The translations under genes and the position numbers were made by a program. A stretch of DNA of 44,673 nt from an uncultured Rhodothermales bacterium (GTDB taxonomy: Bacteria > Bacteroidota > Rhodothermia > Rhodothermales > CAZKDQ01), in contig CAZRTY010000002.1 in the NCBI GenBank assembly GCA_964603055.1, positions 1-44,673 on the forward strand, read 5' to 3'. Shown piece by piece: positions 9,439 through 18,913 of the stretch. Positions within the stretch are counted from its first letter, which is position 1; every line of letters starts with the position of its first letter. The notes under the pieces were generated by a model. The model ran no database searches. It saw only the letters and a list, made by a program, of their open reading frames with translations, and was not told the origin of the DNA.

Positions 9439-10362
9439 TCAAACGGACTTAACGGCTTCAAGCAAAACCCCGTGCCTCAGGCCACCTCCGCTGATGACAA
9501 CGTAATCGTAGTCCAGCACCTCCATTACGGTTTCGAGCACCAGCATGTTGGCGGAGTAAATGTCGGCGCGCCCACGCATGACGCCGGGCGATAGCGCGAG
9601 CACCTGATCGTACGGCGCCGTCAGCAGGCGTTGGGACCAGCGGTTTACGTCCGTCAGAGAAACGATGACTGCCGCATCCCTCGTCACAAGGGAGTCCGGG
9701 TCGTGGCGCTCAAGGAGGTGGCGGAAGACGGTTGTCGATCCTGATGTACCGACGAGTTCGGCGTCTGCCGGCGGCCGAAAATCGGAGACCGATTGGGCAA
9801 CGAAGCGCCGGGCAGTCTCAATATCCGCGGCGGTCGGCGGCATCTCACAGAAAAACCGATCGCGGATACGAAGGGCACCCGTCGGCGTGCTGCGGACGTC
9901 CAGTTTCCACGAGTTGTCCTGCCATTGCCCCGCGGTGAGCTCGGTTGATCCACCGCCGATGTCGATCGTCACAACCGAGTTGCCGGCCGACGGCACGTCG
10001 GAGATCCCGCCAAGGAACGTGAGCCGCGCCTCTTCTTCCCCCGAAATGATCTGCAGATCGATGCCGGTATGCCGCTTGATGTCGTCGAGGACCTCCCGTG
10101 CATTCACGGCATCTCGGCTGGCACTCGTGGCAACACCGACGATCGCTTCAACACCGAGATCACGCGCCGTCTGCGCATAATGCTCCATCGCATCGCGCAG
10201 GCGCTGGTGGGCGGCCGGCGTGATGCTGCCGGTAGCGTCAACGCCTTCGCCCAATCGCACGATCGTCTCCTCATCGTGAATCACCCGGAGTCCGTCGTCC
10301 GAAACATCGGCCACGCAAAGGAGCGCCGTGTTCGTTCCAAGGTCGACCGCCGCCGCTCTCAT
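9439..10362 (-). CDS. Ppx/GppA family phosphatase (exopolyphosphatase / pppGpp phosphohydrolase, catalytic N-terminal domains only)
   Basis: 307 aa with ASKHA-fold motifs AVDLGTNT and IDIGGGSTE. The start overlaps the prmA stop in an ATGA junction (10359-10362). Confidence 0.9.
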   Translation of the reverse strand: MRAAAVDLGTNTALLCVADVSDDGLRVIHDEETIVRLGEGVDATGSITPAAHQRLRDAMEHYAQTARDLGVEAIVGVATSASRDAVNAREVLDDIKRHTGIDLQIISGEEEARLTFLGGISDVPSAGNSVVTIDIGGGSTELTAGQWQDNSWKLDVRSTPTGALRIRDRFFCEMPPTAADIETARRFVAQSVSDFRPPADAELVGTSGSTTVFRHLLERHDPDSLVTRDAAVIVSLTDVNRWSQRLLTAPYDQVLALSPGVMRGRADIYSANMLVLETVMEVLDYDYVVISGGGLRHGVLLEAVKSV

Positions 10363-11198
10363 GTCCGCTTACTTGCCACGACGGCCCACCAATCGTTTTC
10401 CGTCTTCTCGGTGTCGATCACAAATCCCGCTTTCTCCAGCGCTTTGCTCATGCGAGGCCGGTCACCCTGAAGCATCCCCGCCATAACCAGACGGCCACGC
10501 GATGTAAGCCGCTGATAAAACGAGTCAAGCAATCCGAGCAGCGCATTCAGGTTGATGTTGGCGAGGATGACGTCGTAGGGACCGACGGCAACGTCATCGA
10601 TACCGCCTTCGACAATATCGATGCGGTCGGCAAATCCGTTCAGAAGTACGTTCTCGGTCGCGTTCGGGTAGGCCCATTCATCGATATCAAATCCAACGGC
10701 ACGTTCGGCGCCGAGGCGCGCCGCGGCAATCGCGAGGATGCCTGTCCCAGTGCCCGCATCCATCACGATATCTCCCTCCCTCACCACATCCGGCATCAGC
10801 CGAAGCATCAGGCGGGTCGACTCGTGATAGCCGGTGCCGAAGCTCATCTTTGGATCGACTTCCAGCAGAATCTTATCGGCGTGTTCAGGTGGAAGGCTCG
10901 CCCATGTGGGCTTGATAATGAACGGCGGCACGGCTACCGGCTGCACCGTCTCCTCCCATTGAGCATTCCAATTCTGGGGATCGATAACGGTCTCGCTCAT
11001 CGGCTCCTCGATGCCCTGGCTCCTCAGCCACAGCTCGATCCACTCCCGCTTCGTGCCGTCCCAGTGTCGAGCTTCGATGTATGCCTTGAGGAAGTCGTCC
11101 TCCTGCACAAAGCCTTCGAAGCCGATATCGGCGAGTTCGGCGACGAGATATTCCTGAGCATCCCCCGTCACCGGGATCTCCACTTCTATCGTTTTCAT
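10359..11198 (-). CDS. prmA: Ribosomal protein L11 methyltransferase
   Basis: About 279 aa from MKTIEVEIP. It has a PrmA N-terminal domain and the SAM motif VMDAGTGTGILAIAA. The ORF track extends to 11234, but ATG 11198 avoids overlap with the upstream gene (stop at 11207). Confidence 0.9.
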   Translation of the reverse strand: MKTIEVEIPVTGDAQEYLVAELADIGFEGFVQEDDFLKAYIEARHWDGTKREWIELWLRSQGIEEPMSETVIDPQNWNAQWEETVQPVAVPPFIIKPTWASLPPEHADKILLEVDPKMSFGTGYHESTRLMLRLMPDVVREGDIVMDAGTGTGILAIAAARLGAERAVGFDIDEWAYPNATENVLLNGFADRIDIVEGGIDDVAVGPYDVILANINLNALLGLLDSFYQRLTSRGRLVMAGMLQGDRPRMSKALEKAGFVIDTEKTENDWWAVVASKRT

Positions 11199-11206
11199 CC
11201 CCAAAA

Positions 11207-12955
11207 TTACTGTCGTTGAATGGTGATGCCCCACGCTGACGGATCCCCCGGCTGCTCATCCTCCGAGCGGAAATCACCGTATGCATACGAATGGTCGGTC
11301 ACGAAATGCGCCACGTAATCGCCGGCAGGCAGCGTCACGACACCGCGAAACATTCGATTGCGCGAATCTCCTCCGGCGTGAATCGTATTGTCGTACGTCA
11401 TCTCCCAGACGGTGGCGCCATCGTCGGCGCGCTCAATCCAGCCGTAATCGAATCGGTTGACGAGCGTGATTTCGCCAAGCGCGGTGATCTGCAATGAGGC
11501 CTCCTCGCGCAATCTAAACTCTCGGCGGATGCGCTGGTCGTTGCTGAGCTCCGTAGCATCGAGCAGCACATTGCCATGTGCACGAGGCTGTGGCGGTGCG
11601 GGAGGATCAATGGAAGCTGTGGAATCCAGTTTGGAGATGTGGACTGCAGATGTGGAGTCCAGCGTGAAGACAGACACACCCCAGCGTTCGGGATGATCAG
11701 GCTTGCTGTGCCGCCAATCTCCGTGCGCATGCGAGCCGTCGGTACGATACTCGAGCCGATAATGACCCGGCTGCAAGGTGCGGAGGGCAATCTCGCGGCG
11801 GTTGTTTCGGTGTCCTCCAGCGGTAACAGCACGCTCATCCGTCATTTCCCAGACCGTTTGATAGCGCTCCAGGTCGAGGAGCGTCCCGTAGTCGTAGCGC
11901 GTGCGGCCGATCTCGCCGAGTGCGTAAATCACCACGTCCACCTCTGCCTCCACCTGCAACGACACCGAGCGTTCCTCGTCGCTGCCGATCTCGGTCATTT
12001 CGATGACACTCCACGCCTGCGTCCAGGGATCAAAGGTCCGGACGGATCCAGGCGCATACTCGTTGCCGGCGCGAAGTGTCATTCCCCATCCGCTCGGATC
12101 GAACGGTGGATTGGCCCGCCAGCTACTGTACGCGTGCCCACCGTCCGATCGGTATCCGACTTCGTAGATCCCCGGCGCGAGGTCGATCCCTCCCTCAAAA
12201 AATCGATTCGCAGGCGCACCTCCCGCCCACGACGTCACGTCCTCCGAGAATATCCACAGGTCGACGCTATCCCCAGCCGGGCGAATCCAGCCATAATCGT
12301 ACACGTCGTCACCCATTTCTCCGATGGCATAGAGGTCGGCGCGTATGGAGTCTGTGACGAGCAGCCACTCTTTCATCGACGCGTCGTTGCTCGCCTTTCC
12401 GGTTGTCCATAGCACGTGCTCGTCATCCACCAACTCCTCCTGATCGAGTGTCCGGAATCCCGTGTTCTCCGGATGTTGGATGACGAACTCCCATTCGGAT
12501 GCATCGGACGTCCAGCTCTCGGATTTACCGAACAGACGATCGAGGAATGACCGGCTTGGGCGTGCGTTCAATGAGGGCCCGAGCGAGGCGTAGTACGCGA
12601 TATATTTTCCGGCGGATAGACTGATCGTTGTATCCACGCGGACGATGCGGTTGGATCGTTCCCTTGCATCAGGATGCAGACGCCAGGCGGGCCGCCGGGT
12701 CGTGGCGTCGAGAATCCATGCGTGCGCTGCAAAGAGGGTATCGTCGGCCGTGCCAAGCGAACCGGCGGCGCGAATGTGCAGCTCCGCGGGGGCATCCAGC
12801 TCGAACGCCTGCTGCCTCAACTCGTACGCGTCGATGCCATCGAAGACGATATCCCCATCGGGGCCCCCGGCCGGCCCGAACGCCTGCGCGAATACGAGCA
12901 GTACCAGTACGGCGAGCAGAGCAATCTGAATGTGGACGAGGCGGCGGCGGTTCAT
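11207..12955 (-). CDS. Secreted protein with four tandem ~105-135 aa repeats, family not recognised
   Basis: 582 aa with signal peptide MNRRRLVHIQIALLAVLVLLVFAQA. Three clear repeats (aa ~195-295, 328-430, 475-580) share ALGE-x5-7-DYGW-x9-12-VWEMT-x7-AGG-x-RNR-x10-L-x-G-x-Y-x7-D-x-SHAYGDW-x10-WG. There is also a degenerate first copy (aa ~45-160). Confidence 0.8.
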   Translation of the reverse strand: MNRRRLVHIQIALLAVLVLLVFAQAFGPAGGPDGDIVFDGIDAYELRQQAFELDAPAELHIRAAGSLGTADDTLFAAHAWILDATTRRPAWRLHPDARERSNRIVRVDTTISLSAGKYIAYYASLGPSLNARPSRSFLDRLFGKSESWTSDASEWEFVIQHPENTGFRTLDQEELVDDEHVLWTTGKASNDASMKEWLLVTDSIRADLYAIGEMGDDVYDYGWIRPAGDSVDLWIFSEDVTSWAGGAPANRFFEGGIDLAPGIYEVGYRSDGGHAYSSWRANPPFDPSGWGMTLRAGNEYAPGSVRTFDPWTQAWSVIEMTEIGSDEERSVSLQVEAEVDVVIYALGEIGRTRYDYGTLLDLERYQTVWEMTDERAVTAGGHRNNRREIALRTLQPGHYRLEYRTDGSHAHGDWRHSKPDHPERWGVSVFTLDSTSAVHISKLDSTASIDPPAPPQPRAHGNVLLDATELSNDQRIRREFRLREEASLQITALGEITLVNRFDYGWIERADDGATVWEMTYDNTIHAGGDSRNRMFRGVVTLPAGDYVAHFVTDHSYAYGDFRSEDEQPGDPSAWGITIQRQ

Positions 12956-13166
12956 CTTGTACTAAGAGGTGTGCGCGCCAATGTACGACCGCATGCACGC
13001 GAAGTTACCGTCGGCAGCATCTCGAGTCGAGTCGAGGTTTGGAGAGAGCGCAGTGTAACAATAGCGGTTGCGTCGTAGTATTACGCCCACGGCGATGGCC
13101 GTTGTCTCACCGCGACGTTTCTGGATGTCCATTACTACGCACTTAGGGTCGATCAGCCGCACCATA

Positions 13167-15371
13167 ATGCGCCCGAAACGGCGTCTCTGGGTGGTGCTGG
13201 CACTGTTCTGCGTGGGCTACGTGGTGGGATGGGTGTATCATTTCTCCGTGTGGATCTCCCAGACGCCTGCGGCCCCAGCTACGGCATGGGCCTATAGCGT
13301 AGCAGTCCTGGTGACGTATACACTCTTATACGTTTACCTGGCCTATCGGATCACGTACGACCAGAAAGATCCGGCTCGGGTGTTCTGGAGTCTGCTGCTC
13401 TTTTCGGTGTTCGTCTTCGCGATAGCGGGCGCGCTTGCATGGGCGAGCCGGGCGGCATCTCCCGATGTTCTGATTGAGGCAGATATCCGCGGCTTTGAGC
13501 TCGAGACGGGCGTCCCGCTGACGCTTGCCACCGTCATCAAGATGAACGTGGTGGTGCTCCTGGAGACGGGCTTCGCGTTTATGCTGTTGATTTTTCTGCG
13601 CGCGCTCGTCCAGTTCAAGCGTACGCGTGGGAGCATGCGCAACTGGGCCCTGATGATCGGCTTCATGACCTTCTGGTCGATGCTGTCGTTCATGCGCTCG
13701 CCGCAAGAAGATCTCAGTTTCTTGCAGGCGGTTGTGCTCGTCCCGACGATCGCCCTCATGGTCATCAATTCATTTCGACTCTCGTGGGTTGCCTACCTGT
13801 CGTTCCGCGAGAAGATGGCCATCATCGGGCTTGCCACGCTCATGCTCGCCATCCTGAGCATAGGAATGGCTACGGGCGGTGACGAAGGATTCTTGCCGAG
13901 AGCGGGCGTGTACCTGCAGCACTACAGTTACCCGATCGGGTCGTTTACGCTGCTTGTAAAGATCTTTGCGATACTTTACTGCGTGACCGCGCTGCTATCG
14001 CTCATTTTCCATCTTCCGACGACGAGCGACTTCCAGCGCAAGGCCGGCGAGATGGCGGCCATGCACTCGTTAACGACGCTGGTGGGGCAGGTCTTCGAGC
14101 CGGAGCGCCTGTTTAGCAGCATCGCGTCTTCGCCGGTCGAAGCTGGGACGGCGCAGAAGACATGGCTCGCGTTGCGCGATGTCCGCAGGGGATCGCTCAA
14201 GCCGGAGATCGTGGCGACGTGTGATATTGATGCCGACGACGTACGCCAGTACGTGGATCTGAACGCCATCTTCGACGAAGTGCACTCGAAGCGGGCGCCG
14301 CTCGTGCTCGAGGAGGCGGCAACCGACCACCGGGTAATGCGGACCGGCGACGGCATCGGAAGCATGCTCGTCGTTCCCCTGCTCTCGCGCGATGTCTGTC
14401 ACGGCGCGCTGTTCGCCGTGCGCGATGTTGCCCACGGATTCGAGAAAGACGACATCGAGGCGCTCGGCGTCTTTGCATCGCAGGCCGCGCTGGCGATGGA
14501 TAACGCCCGGCTATTCGAGGAGGTAGTTGAGAAGGAGCGGATGTCGCGCGAGTTAACCATCGCTCGCGAGGTACAACAACGGCTGCTGCCCCAGTCTCTT
14601 CCTGAGATGGACGGCCTGTCTCTCTCCGCGTCGTACGTGGCCGCACATGAAGTGGGAGGCGACTATTACGATTACATGCAGATCGACGATCACCGGCTGG
14701 CTCTGATCGTTGCGGATGTATCGGGGAAGGGAACGTCGGCAGCGTTCTATATGGCCGAGCTGCAGGGCATCTTCCACTCCGTTGCACCACTGACCGATAC
14801 GCCCGCGGAATTCCTGGCGCACGCCAACCGGGCGCTTTCGCGATCATTAGAACGGCGTGTCTTCGTGTCCGTCGTCTACGCTATTATCGACACCCGCTCC
14901 GAGCAGGTTTCGATGGCGCGCGCCGGCCATTGCCCGGCGGGGTTTGTGAGACTCGACGGCTCCGCTCGACTCGTGCGGACGCCCGGTCTTGGCCTCGGCC
15001 TGGATCGTTCAGACCGATTCCGTTCGTCGCTGGCCGAGGAGTTTATCCGCCTCCAACCCGGCGATGCTCTCATCCTCTATACCGACGGCGTCATCGAAAG
15101 CCGAAACCGCGACGGCGAGGAATACGGGTACGAACGTCTTCTGGCGGCGATGCGTAAACATCGCCACGAAGATGTCGATAAACTCAATACTCGCTTGCTC
15201 GACGACCTGCAGAAGTTTCTGGGACACGATCATTATGACGACGACATGACGATGCTCGTGCTGAAGTGGCACGGCGTTGGTGTCGATGTGGGAAAGAACG
15301 ACTCCTCTTCGGATAGCACAACCAAAACGGCCGTGGAAGAGGTATCATCCGCCCATGCGAAGCACGAATAA
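13167..15371 (+). CDS. Membrane-bound sensor phosphatase: multi-TM domain + GAF + PP2C (SpoIIE/RsbU family)
   Basis: About 734 aa from MRPKRRLW. There are roughly 8-9 hydrophobic helices in the first ~330 aa. A GAF-like region follows (MLVVPLLSRDVCHGALFAV...ALAMDNARLFEE). The PP2C/SpoIIE blocks are EVQQRLLP, EVGGDYYDY, VADVSGKGTSAA and LYTDGVIE. The ORF track start at 13068 is less likely. Confidence 0.88.
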   Translation: MRPKRRLWVVLALFCVGYVVGWVYHFSVWISQTPAAPATAWAYSVAVLVTYTLLYVYLAYRITYDQKDPARVFWSLLLFSVFVFAIAGALAWASRAASPDVLIEADIRGFELETGVPLTLATVIKMNVVVLLETGFAFMLLIFLRALVQFKRTRGSMRNWALMIGFMTFWSMLSFMRSPQEDLSFLQAVVLVPTIALMVINSFRLSWVAYLSFREKMAIIGLATLMLAILSIGMATGGDEGFLPRAGVYLQHYSYPIGSFTLLVKIFAILYCVTALLSLIFHLPTTSDFQRKAGEMAAMHSLTTLVGQVFEPERLFSSIASSPVEAGTAQKTWLALRDVRRGSLKPEIVATCDIDADDVRQYVDLNAIFDEVHSKRAPLVLEEAATDHRVMRTGDGIGSMLVVPLLSRDVCHGALFAVRDVAHGFEKDDIEALGVFASQAALAMDNARLFEEVVEKERMSRELTIAREVQQRLLPQSLPEMDGLSLSASYVAAHEVGGDYYDYMQIDDHRLALIVADVSGKGTSAAFYMAELQGIFHSVAPLTDTPAEFLAHANRALSRSLERRVFVSVVYAIIDTRSEQVSMARAGHCPAGFVRLDGSARLVRTPGLGLGLDRSDRFRSSLAEEFIRLQPGDALILYTDGVIESRNRDGEEYGYERLLAAMRKHRHEDVDKLNTRLLDDLQKFLGHDHYDDDMTMLVLKWHGVGVDVGKNDSSSDSTTKTAVEEVSSAHAKHE

Positions 15372-15398
15372 TTTGACCACGCGAAGACCTAAGAATAC

Positions 15399-15758
15399 AT
15401 GAGCAGCTTTTCCGTCGGATTTCGAACCAACGGGTCGATTGAGATTCTCGACCTCAAGGGGGAACTGGACGCCCATACGGCTTCGGAATTGGAGGCGGCG
15501 TTTCAGCGCTGCACCTCAGATGAACGATTCAACATCGTCGTCAACGGTGAGCAGCTTCAGTACATCTCGAGCGCCGGCCTGGGTGTCTTCATGGCCTATA
15601 TCGAAGACGTTCGCGACCGCGGGGGCGACATCAAGATCGCCGCGCTGCAACCCAAGGTGTTCAATGTGTTTGACCTCCTCGGCTTCCCGATTCTGTTTCA
15701 GATCGTGGAGGATGAACAGGAAGCCATTGCCGGCTTCGATGAGCACCAAGTCGATTAA
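15399..15758 (+). CDS. STAS-domain anti-sigma-factor antagonist (RsbV/SpoIIAA-like)
   Basis: 119 aa with the conserved phospho-acceptor context LQYISSAGLGVF and C-terminal FDLLGF. Confidence 0.9.
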   Translation: MSSFSVGFRTNGSIEILDLKGELDAHTASELEAAFQRCTSDERFNIVVNGEQLQYISSAGLGVFMAYIEDVRDRGGDIKIAALQPKVFNVFDLLGFPILFQIVEDEQEAIAGFDEHQVD

Positions 15759-15769
15759 TCCGGCGATCC

Positions 15770-16210
15770 GTGGCTGACAAGACCTACCATATGACGATCC
15801 CCAGCAGCACGCGGCACCTGAGTGAGATCAGGCGCTTCGTGGAGCAGCATGCCCGAGAGGCTCAGCTGTCCGAGGCGGACGTCGACAAATTCAGGCTCGC
15901 CGTCGACGAGGCCTGTACGAACGTGATCGAGCACGCCTGCAAGGGGGACGAGACGTACCGAATCACCATCACCATCAACATCAAGGGTCCGCGGGTGACG
16001 ATGCTCATCCGAGACGACGGAGAGGCGTTCGATCCCGAAAAGTACGCGCCCCCCAACCTGATTGAGATGGCGGAAAAGCGGCGCGATGGCGGCTTCGGTA
16101 TCCACCTCATGCGAAGTCTGATGGACCGGGTGGAGTATCGGCGGAGAGGGCGTTTCAACGAAGTCGCGCTGACGAAGTACGTATCCGACCCCGCGCAGAA
16201 CGGCTCCTGA
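15770..16210 (+). CDS. Anti-sigma regulatory factor serine kinase (RsbW/SpoIIAB-like, HATPase_c_2)
   Basis: 146 aa with N-box VDEACTNVIEHA, G1 IRDDGEAFD and G2 GGFGIHLM. GTG start at 15770; alternative ATG at 15791. Confidence 0.88.
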   Translation: MADKTYHMTIPSSTRHLSEIRRFVEQHAREAQLSEADVDKFRLAVDEACTNVIEHACKGDETYRITITINIKGPRVTMLIRDDGEAFDPEKYAPPNLIEMAEKRRDGGFGIHLMRSLMDRVEYRRRGRFNEVALTKYVSDPAQNGS

Positions 16211-16232
16211 TCCGCCTCCGTCTCGAGCCCGC

Positions 16233-16964
16233 TTACTTCTGCGCCGTTCCGCGATATAACGATGCGACGCCGAACGTGAGCGGCTTCCATAGCAGCTCGC
16301 CGAATCCGGCCGATCCAAGCTGCGACAAAAAGTCCTCCCCATCCGGAAACGCGGCCACGGAGTCGGGCAAATACTTGTAGGCACCCGCATCTCCTGAGAC
16401 CGCACCGCCGACTCGCGGCAAGATGTAGCGCGAGTAAAAGCCGTAAACCTGCTTGACGGGGAATGCCTGCGGATGGCTGAACTCAAGCACAACGAGCTTC
16501 CCGCCGGGCCTCAGAACACGCTGGATCTCCTGCAACCCTCGCCCGAGATTCTCGAAGTTGCGAACGCCAAAAGCCACTAGTGCGGCGTCGAACTGGCTGT
16601 CGGAAAACGGCAGTCGCTCCGAATCCCCTTTTCGCAATTCGACGCGCCCCTCCTCTCCGGCCTCGCTAATCTTCTGCCGGCCGATGCGCAGCATTTCCTC
16701 GGAGATATCGACGCCAATCACCTTCTCGGGCTCGAGCGTGAGCACCTGAAGCGCGAGGTCGGCCGTGCCGGTGGCCACATCGAGGATGCGGCGAGGCGAT
16801 GCATCACGAAGCAAATCAACCGCTTGGCGCCTCCAGCGCTGGTCGATTCCGAAGCTCAGCACGCGGTTGAGGAGATCATATCGCGGAGCAATTGAGTCGA
16901 ACATCGCCTCGACCTGTTCCTTCTTGCCGGGCGACTCTCCGATGGGCGGGTGATGGTTCGACAT
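16233..16964 (-). CDS. ubiE: Demethylmenaquinone / ubiquinone-menaquinone biosynthesis C-methyltransferase
   Basis: 243 aa with FDSIAPRYDLLNRVLSFGIDQRWRR, the SAM motif ILDVATGTADLA and VAFGVRNF, all UbiE/MenG signatures. Confidence 0.93.
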   Translation of the reverse strand: MSNHHPPIGESPGKKEQVEAMFDSIAPRYDLLNRVLSFGIDQRWRRQAVDLLRDASPRRILDVATGTADLALQVLTLEPEKVIGVDISEEMLRIGRQKISEAGEEGRVELRKGDSERLPFSDSQFDAALVAFGVRNFENLGRGLQEIQRVLRPGGKLVVLEFSHPQAFPVKQVYGFYSRYILPRVGGAVSGDAGAYKYLPDSVAAFPDGEDFLSQLGSAGFGELLWKPLTFGVASLYRGTAQK

Positions 16965-16974
16965 TGGGTGCCGG

Positions 16975-17958
16975 TTAGCTTAGCAACTGCGTGAGCTTGA
17001 GCAGTTCGTAATTGATGTTCTTCTTGCGGCTCCACACGTTACGCATGGGCGTCAGGCGCACTTCATTGTTGATGATACCAACCATCACGTTGGCATGCCC
17101 TTCGATCATCGACTCGACCGCTGCGGCACCGAGCCGGCTGGCAAGAACGCGATCCCGTGCCGACGGGGCTCCCCCTCGCTGCGTATGCCCGAGGATCGAC
17201 ACGCGAAGGTCGATATGATCAAAGGCCGGGTCGGCGCTCAGCGCATCACCAATTCGGGTGGCACCGCCGTGCTCATCCCCTTCCGCCACGACGACGATTG
17301 ACGAGCGCGCCTGTGCCGACATCAGCGAATGGATGCGCTGCTTGATGTCTTCCATCTCGGTCAGCGTCTCAGGCACAAGCACGAGCTCAGCGCCGCCTCC
17401 GATACCACAGTTGAGCGCGATGAACCCGGCATCGCGGCCCATTACCTCGACCAGAAACAGCCGGTCGTGCGCATCGGCCGTGTCGCGGATGCGATCGATA
17501 TTATCGATGGCGGTATTCAGCGCCGTGTCAAAGCCGATTGTCTCGTCGGTGCCGAACAGGTCGTTGTCGATGGTGCCGGGGCAACCGATGGATGGAATGC
17601 CCTGCTCGTCGTAGAAGAGCGTCGTGCCCCGGAACGTGCCGTCGCCACCGATGCCGATGAGGCCCTGGATGCCTGCTGAACGCAGATTCTCGGCGGCTTG
17701 CCGGCGTCCTTCAGGTGTCTTGAATCCTTCCGAGCGTGCGCTCTTTAGCACCGTCCCACCCTTTTGCAGGATGTTTGATACCGAGCGAGCGTCCATGTCG
17801 ACAAAGTCGGCGTCGATCATCCCCGCGTAACCGCGGCGAATGCCAACGATCTCAAGGTCGTGAGCCGTGGCTGTTCTCACAACCGCTCTCACGCACGCGT
17901 TCATGCCGGGCGCATCACCACCGCTGGTGAAGACGCCGATTCTCGAAATACTTTCCAT
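16975..17958 (-). CDS. pfkA: ATP-dependent 6-phosphofructokinase
   Basis: 327 aa with GVFTSGGDAPGMNA, IGGDGTF, PGTIDND and MGR motifs. Confidence 0.95.
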   Translation of the reverse strand: MESISRIGVFTSGGDAPGMNACVRAVVRTATAHDLEIVGIRRGYAGMIDADFVDMDARSVSNILQKGGTVLKSARSEGFKTPEGRRQAAENLRSAGIQGLIGIGGDGTFRGTTLFYDEQGIPSIGCPGTIDNDLFGTDETIGFDTALNTAIDNIDRIRDTADAHDRLFLVEVMGRDAGFIALNCGIGGGAELVLVPETLTEMEDIKQRIHSLMSAQARSSIVVVAEGDEHGGATRIGDALSADPAFDHIDLRVSILGHTQRGGAPSARDRVLASRLGAAAVESMIEGHANVMVGIINNEVRLTPMRNVWSRKKNINYELLKLTQLLS

Positions 17959-17989
17959 AGATGGGGTGAGGGAGGTGGATCCGGCGTGG

Positions 17990-18913
17990 TTACGACTGCG
18001 GCGCCGGACGCGCTACGAGTATGCCTACCTGTCTTCTGTTGTTCATCAGGTAGTCTTGAAGATCGGGCGAAACAATGACCCCGCCCGACGTAGATGCGTG
18101 CAGAAGCCCGATGCGGCCGTCGCCGTGGTCGTACGCCAGACCGGTGTGGGTGATGTCGAGGCCTTCAATGTCCGTCACGATGGCGATTACATCACCCGCC
18201 TGCAGTCCGTCGTACGCCGCGCGTGTTTCGCGTTTCGGAATGTAGAAGAAGCTGACTTCCGCGAGCTCCTCTTCCATCTCGCGAATGCACGCGAACATCT
18301 CATCGTCATTAGCCAGTCGCGGATAGCGGTCTCTGTTCTGAGACATGAAGTTGATCCGCTTGTCGAGAGGACGCCCGCCGATCGCCTCCGTCACGTCGAC
18401 AACGGTACCTCGCGCCTCATTGTCAGAGATCCATTCGGAAAAATAGTGGATGCGCGAGCAGTAGTCACCCATCTCCCCTCCGCGATAGCGCATATCCGCC
18501 ACATTCTGCCGGAAGGTCTCCTCGCTGAAATCGCCGTGCTCAATGCCGCGAGCCATGGCCAGCGTCGTCTCCACAAATGTCACACAATCAAACCCATCCA
18601 GCCGGCAGATGAGTGTCTCCTCACCCGGTACGTCGAGAATTCCCGTGACATACGGCTTGCGAAGGAAGAACTCGCCCATCACCTGCATCACCTCGCCAAT
18701 CGGCCGGCGTGCGAGATCATGTTCGCGGGCATACGCCATAGCCTCATTGAAGAGGCGGCGGCTCGTCGCGTCCATTTCATAGGGAAGGGTGCGTGTCCGC
18801 TCCACCCTGGTCGTGTCAGACGCCGTCGGCTCACTCGGGGGAGCGTCGGGCGCCCCGCACCCCATGAGGAGAGCAAGCAGGAATAACGTTATCATTTGAA
18901 TGGCACCGTTCAT
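17990..18913 (-). CDS. DUF1460 family lipoprotein (amidase-like fold, function unknown)
   Basis: 307 aa with lipobox LLALLMGC. The blocks LDGFDCVTFVETTLAMAR and RIHYFSEWI are typical of DUF1460. The start overlaps the aat stop in an ATGA junction (18910-18913). Confidence 0.7.
   Translation of the reverse strand: MNGAIQMITLFLLALLMGCGAPDAPPSEPTASDTTRVERTRTLPYEMDATSRRLFNEAMAYAREHDLARRPIGEVMQVMGEFFLRKPYVTGILDVPGEETLICRLDGFDCVTFVETTLAMARGIEHGDFSEETFRQNVADMRYRGGEMGDYCSRIHYFSEWISDNEARGTVVDVTEAIGGRPLDKRINFMSQNRDRYPRLANDDEMFACIREMEEELAEVSFFYIPKRETRAAYDGLQAGDVIAIVTDIEGLDITHTGLAYDHGDGRIGLLHASTSGGVIVSPDLQDYLMNNRRQVGILVARPAPQS

Noticed and set aside
13022-13036. Mini tandem repeat (TCGAG)x3 in the divergent promoter region between the repeat protein and the PP2C gene.
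   Set aside because: Only 15 nt with three copies. It overlaps a XhoI-like palindrome and is too short to argue for function.
17867-18886. 339-aa plus-strand ORF antisense to the DUF1460 gene. Similar long antisense ORFs occur at 40847-42127 (426 aa), 42479-43330 (283 aa), 11576-12412 (278 aa) and 8266-9030 (254 aa).
   Set aside because: All lie opposite confidently identified genes (ribosomal proteins, Mrp, the repeat protein). They have Arg/Ser/Pro-rich, low-information translations typical of stop-poor antisense frames in GC-rich DNA, and they show no recognisable motifs.
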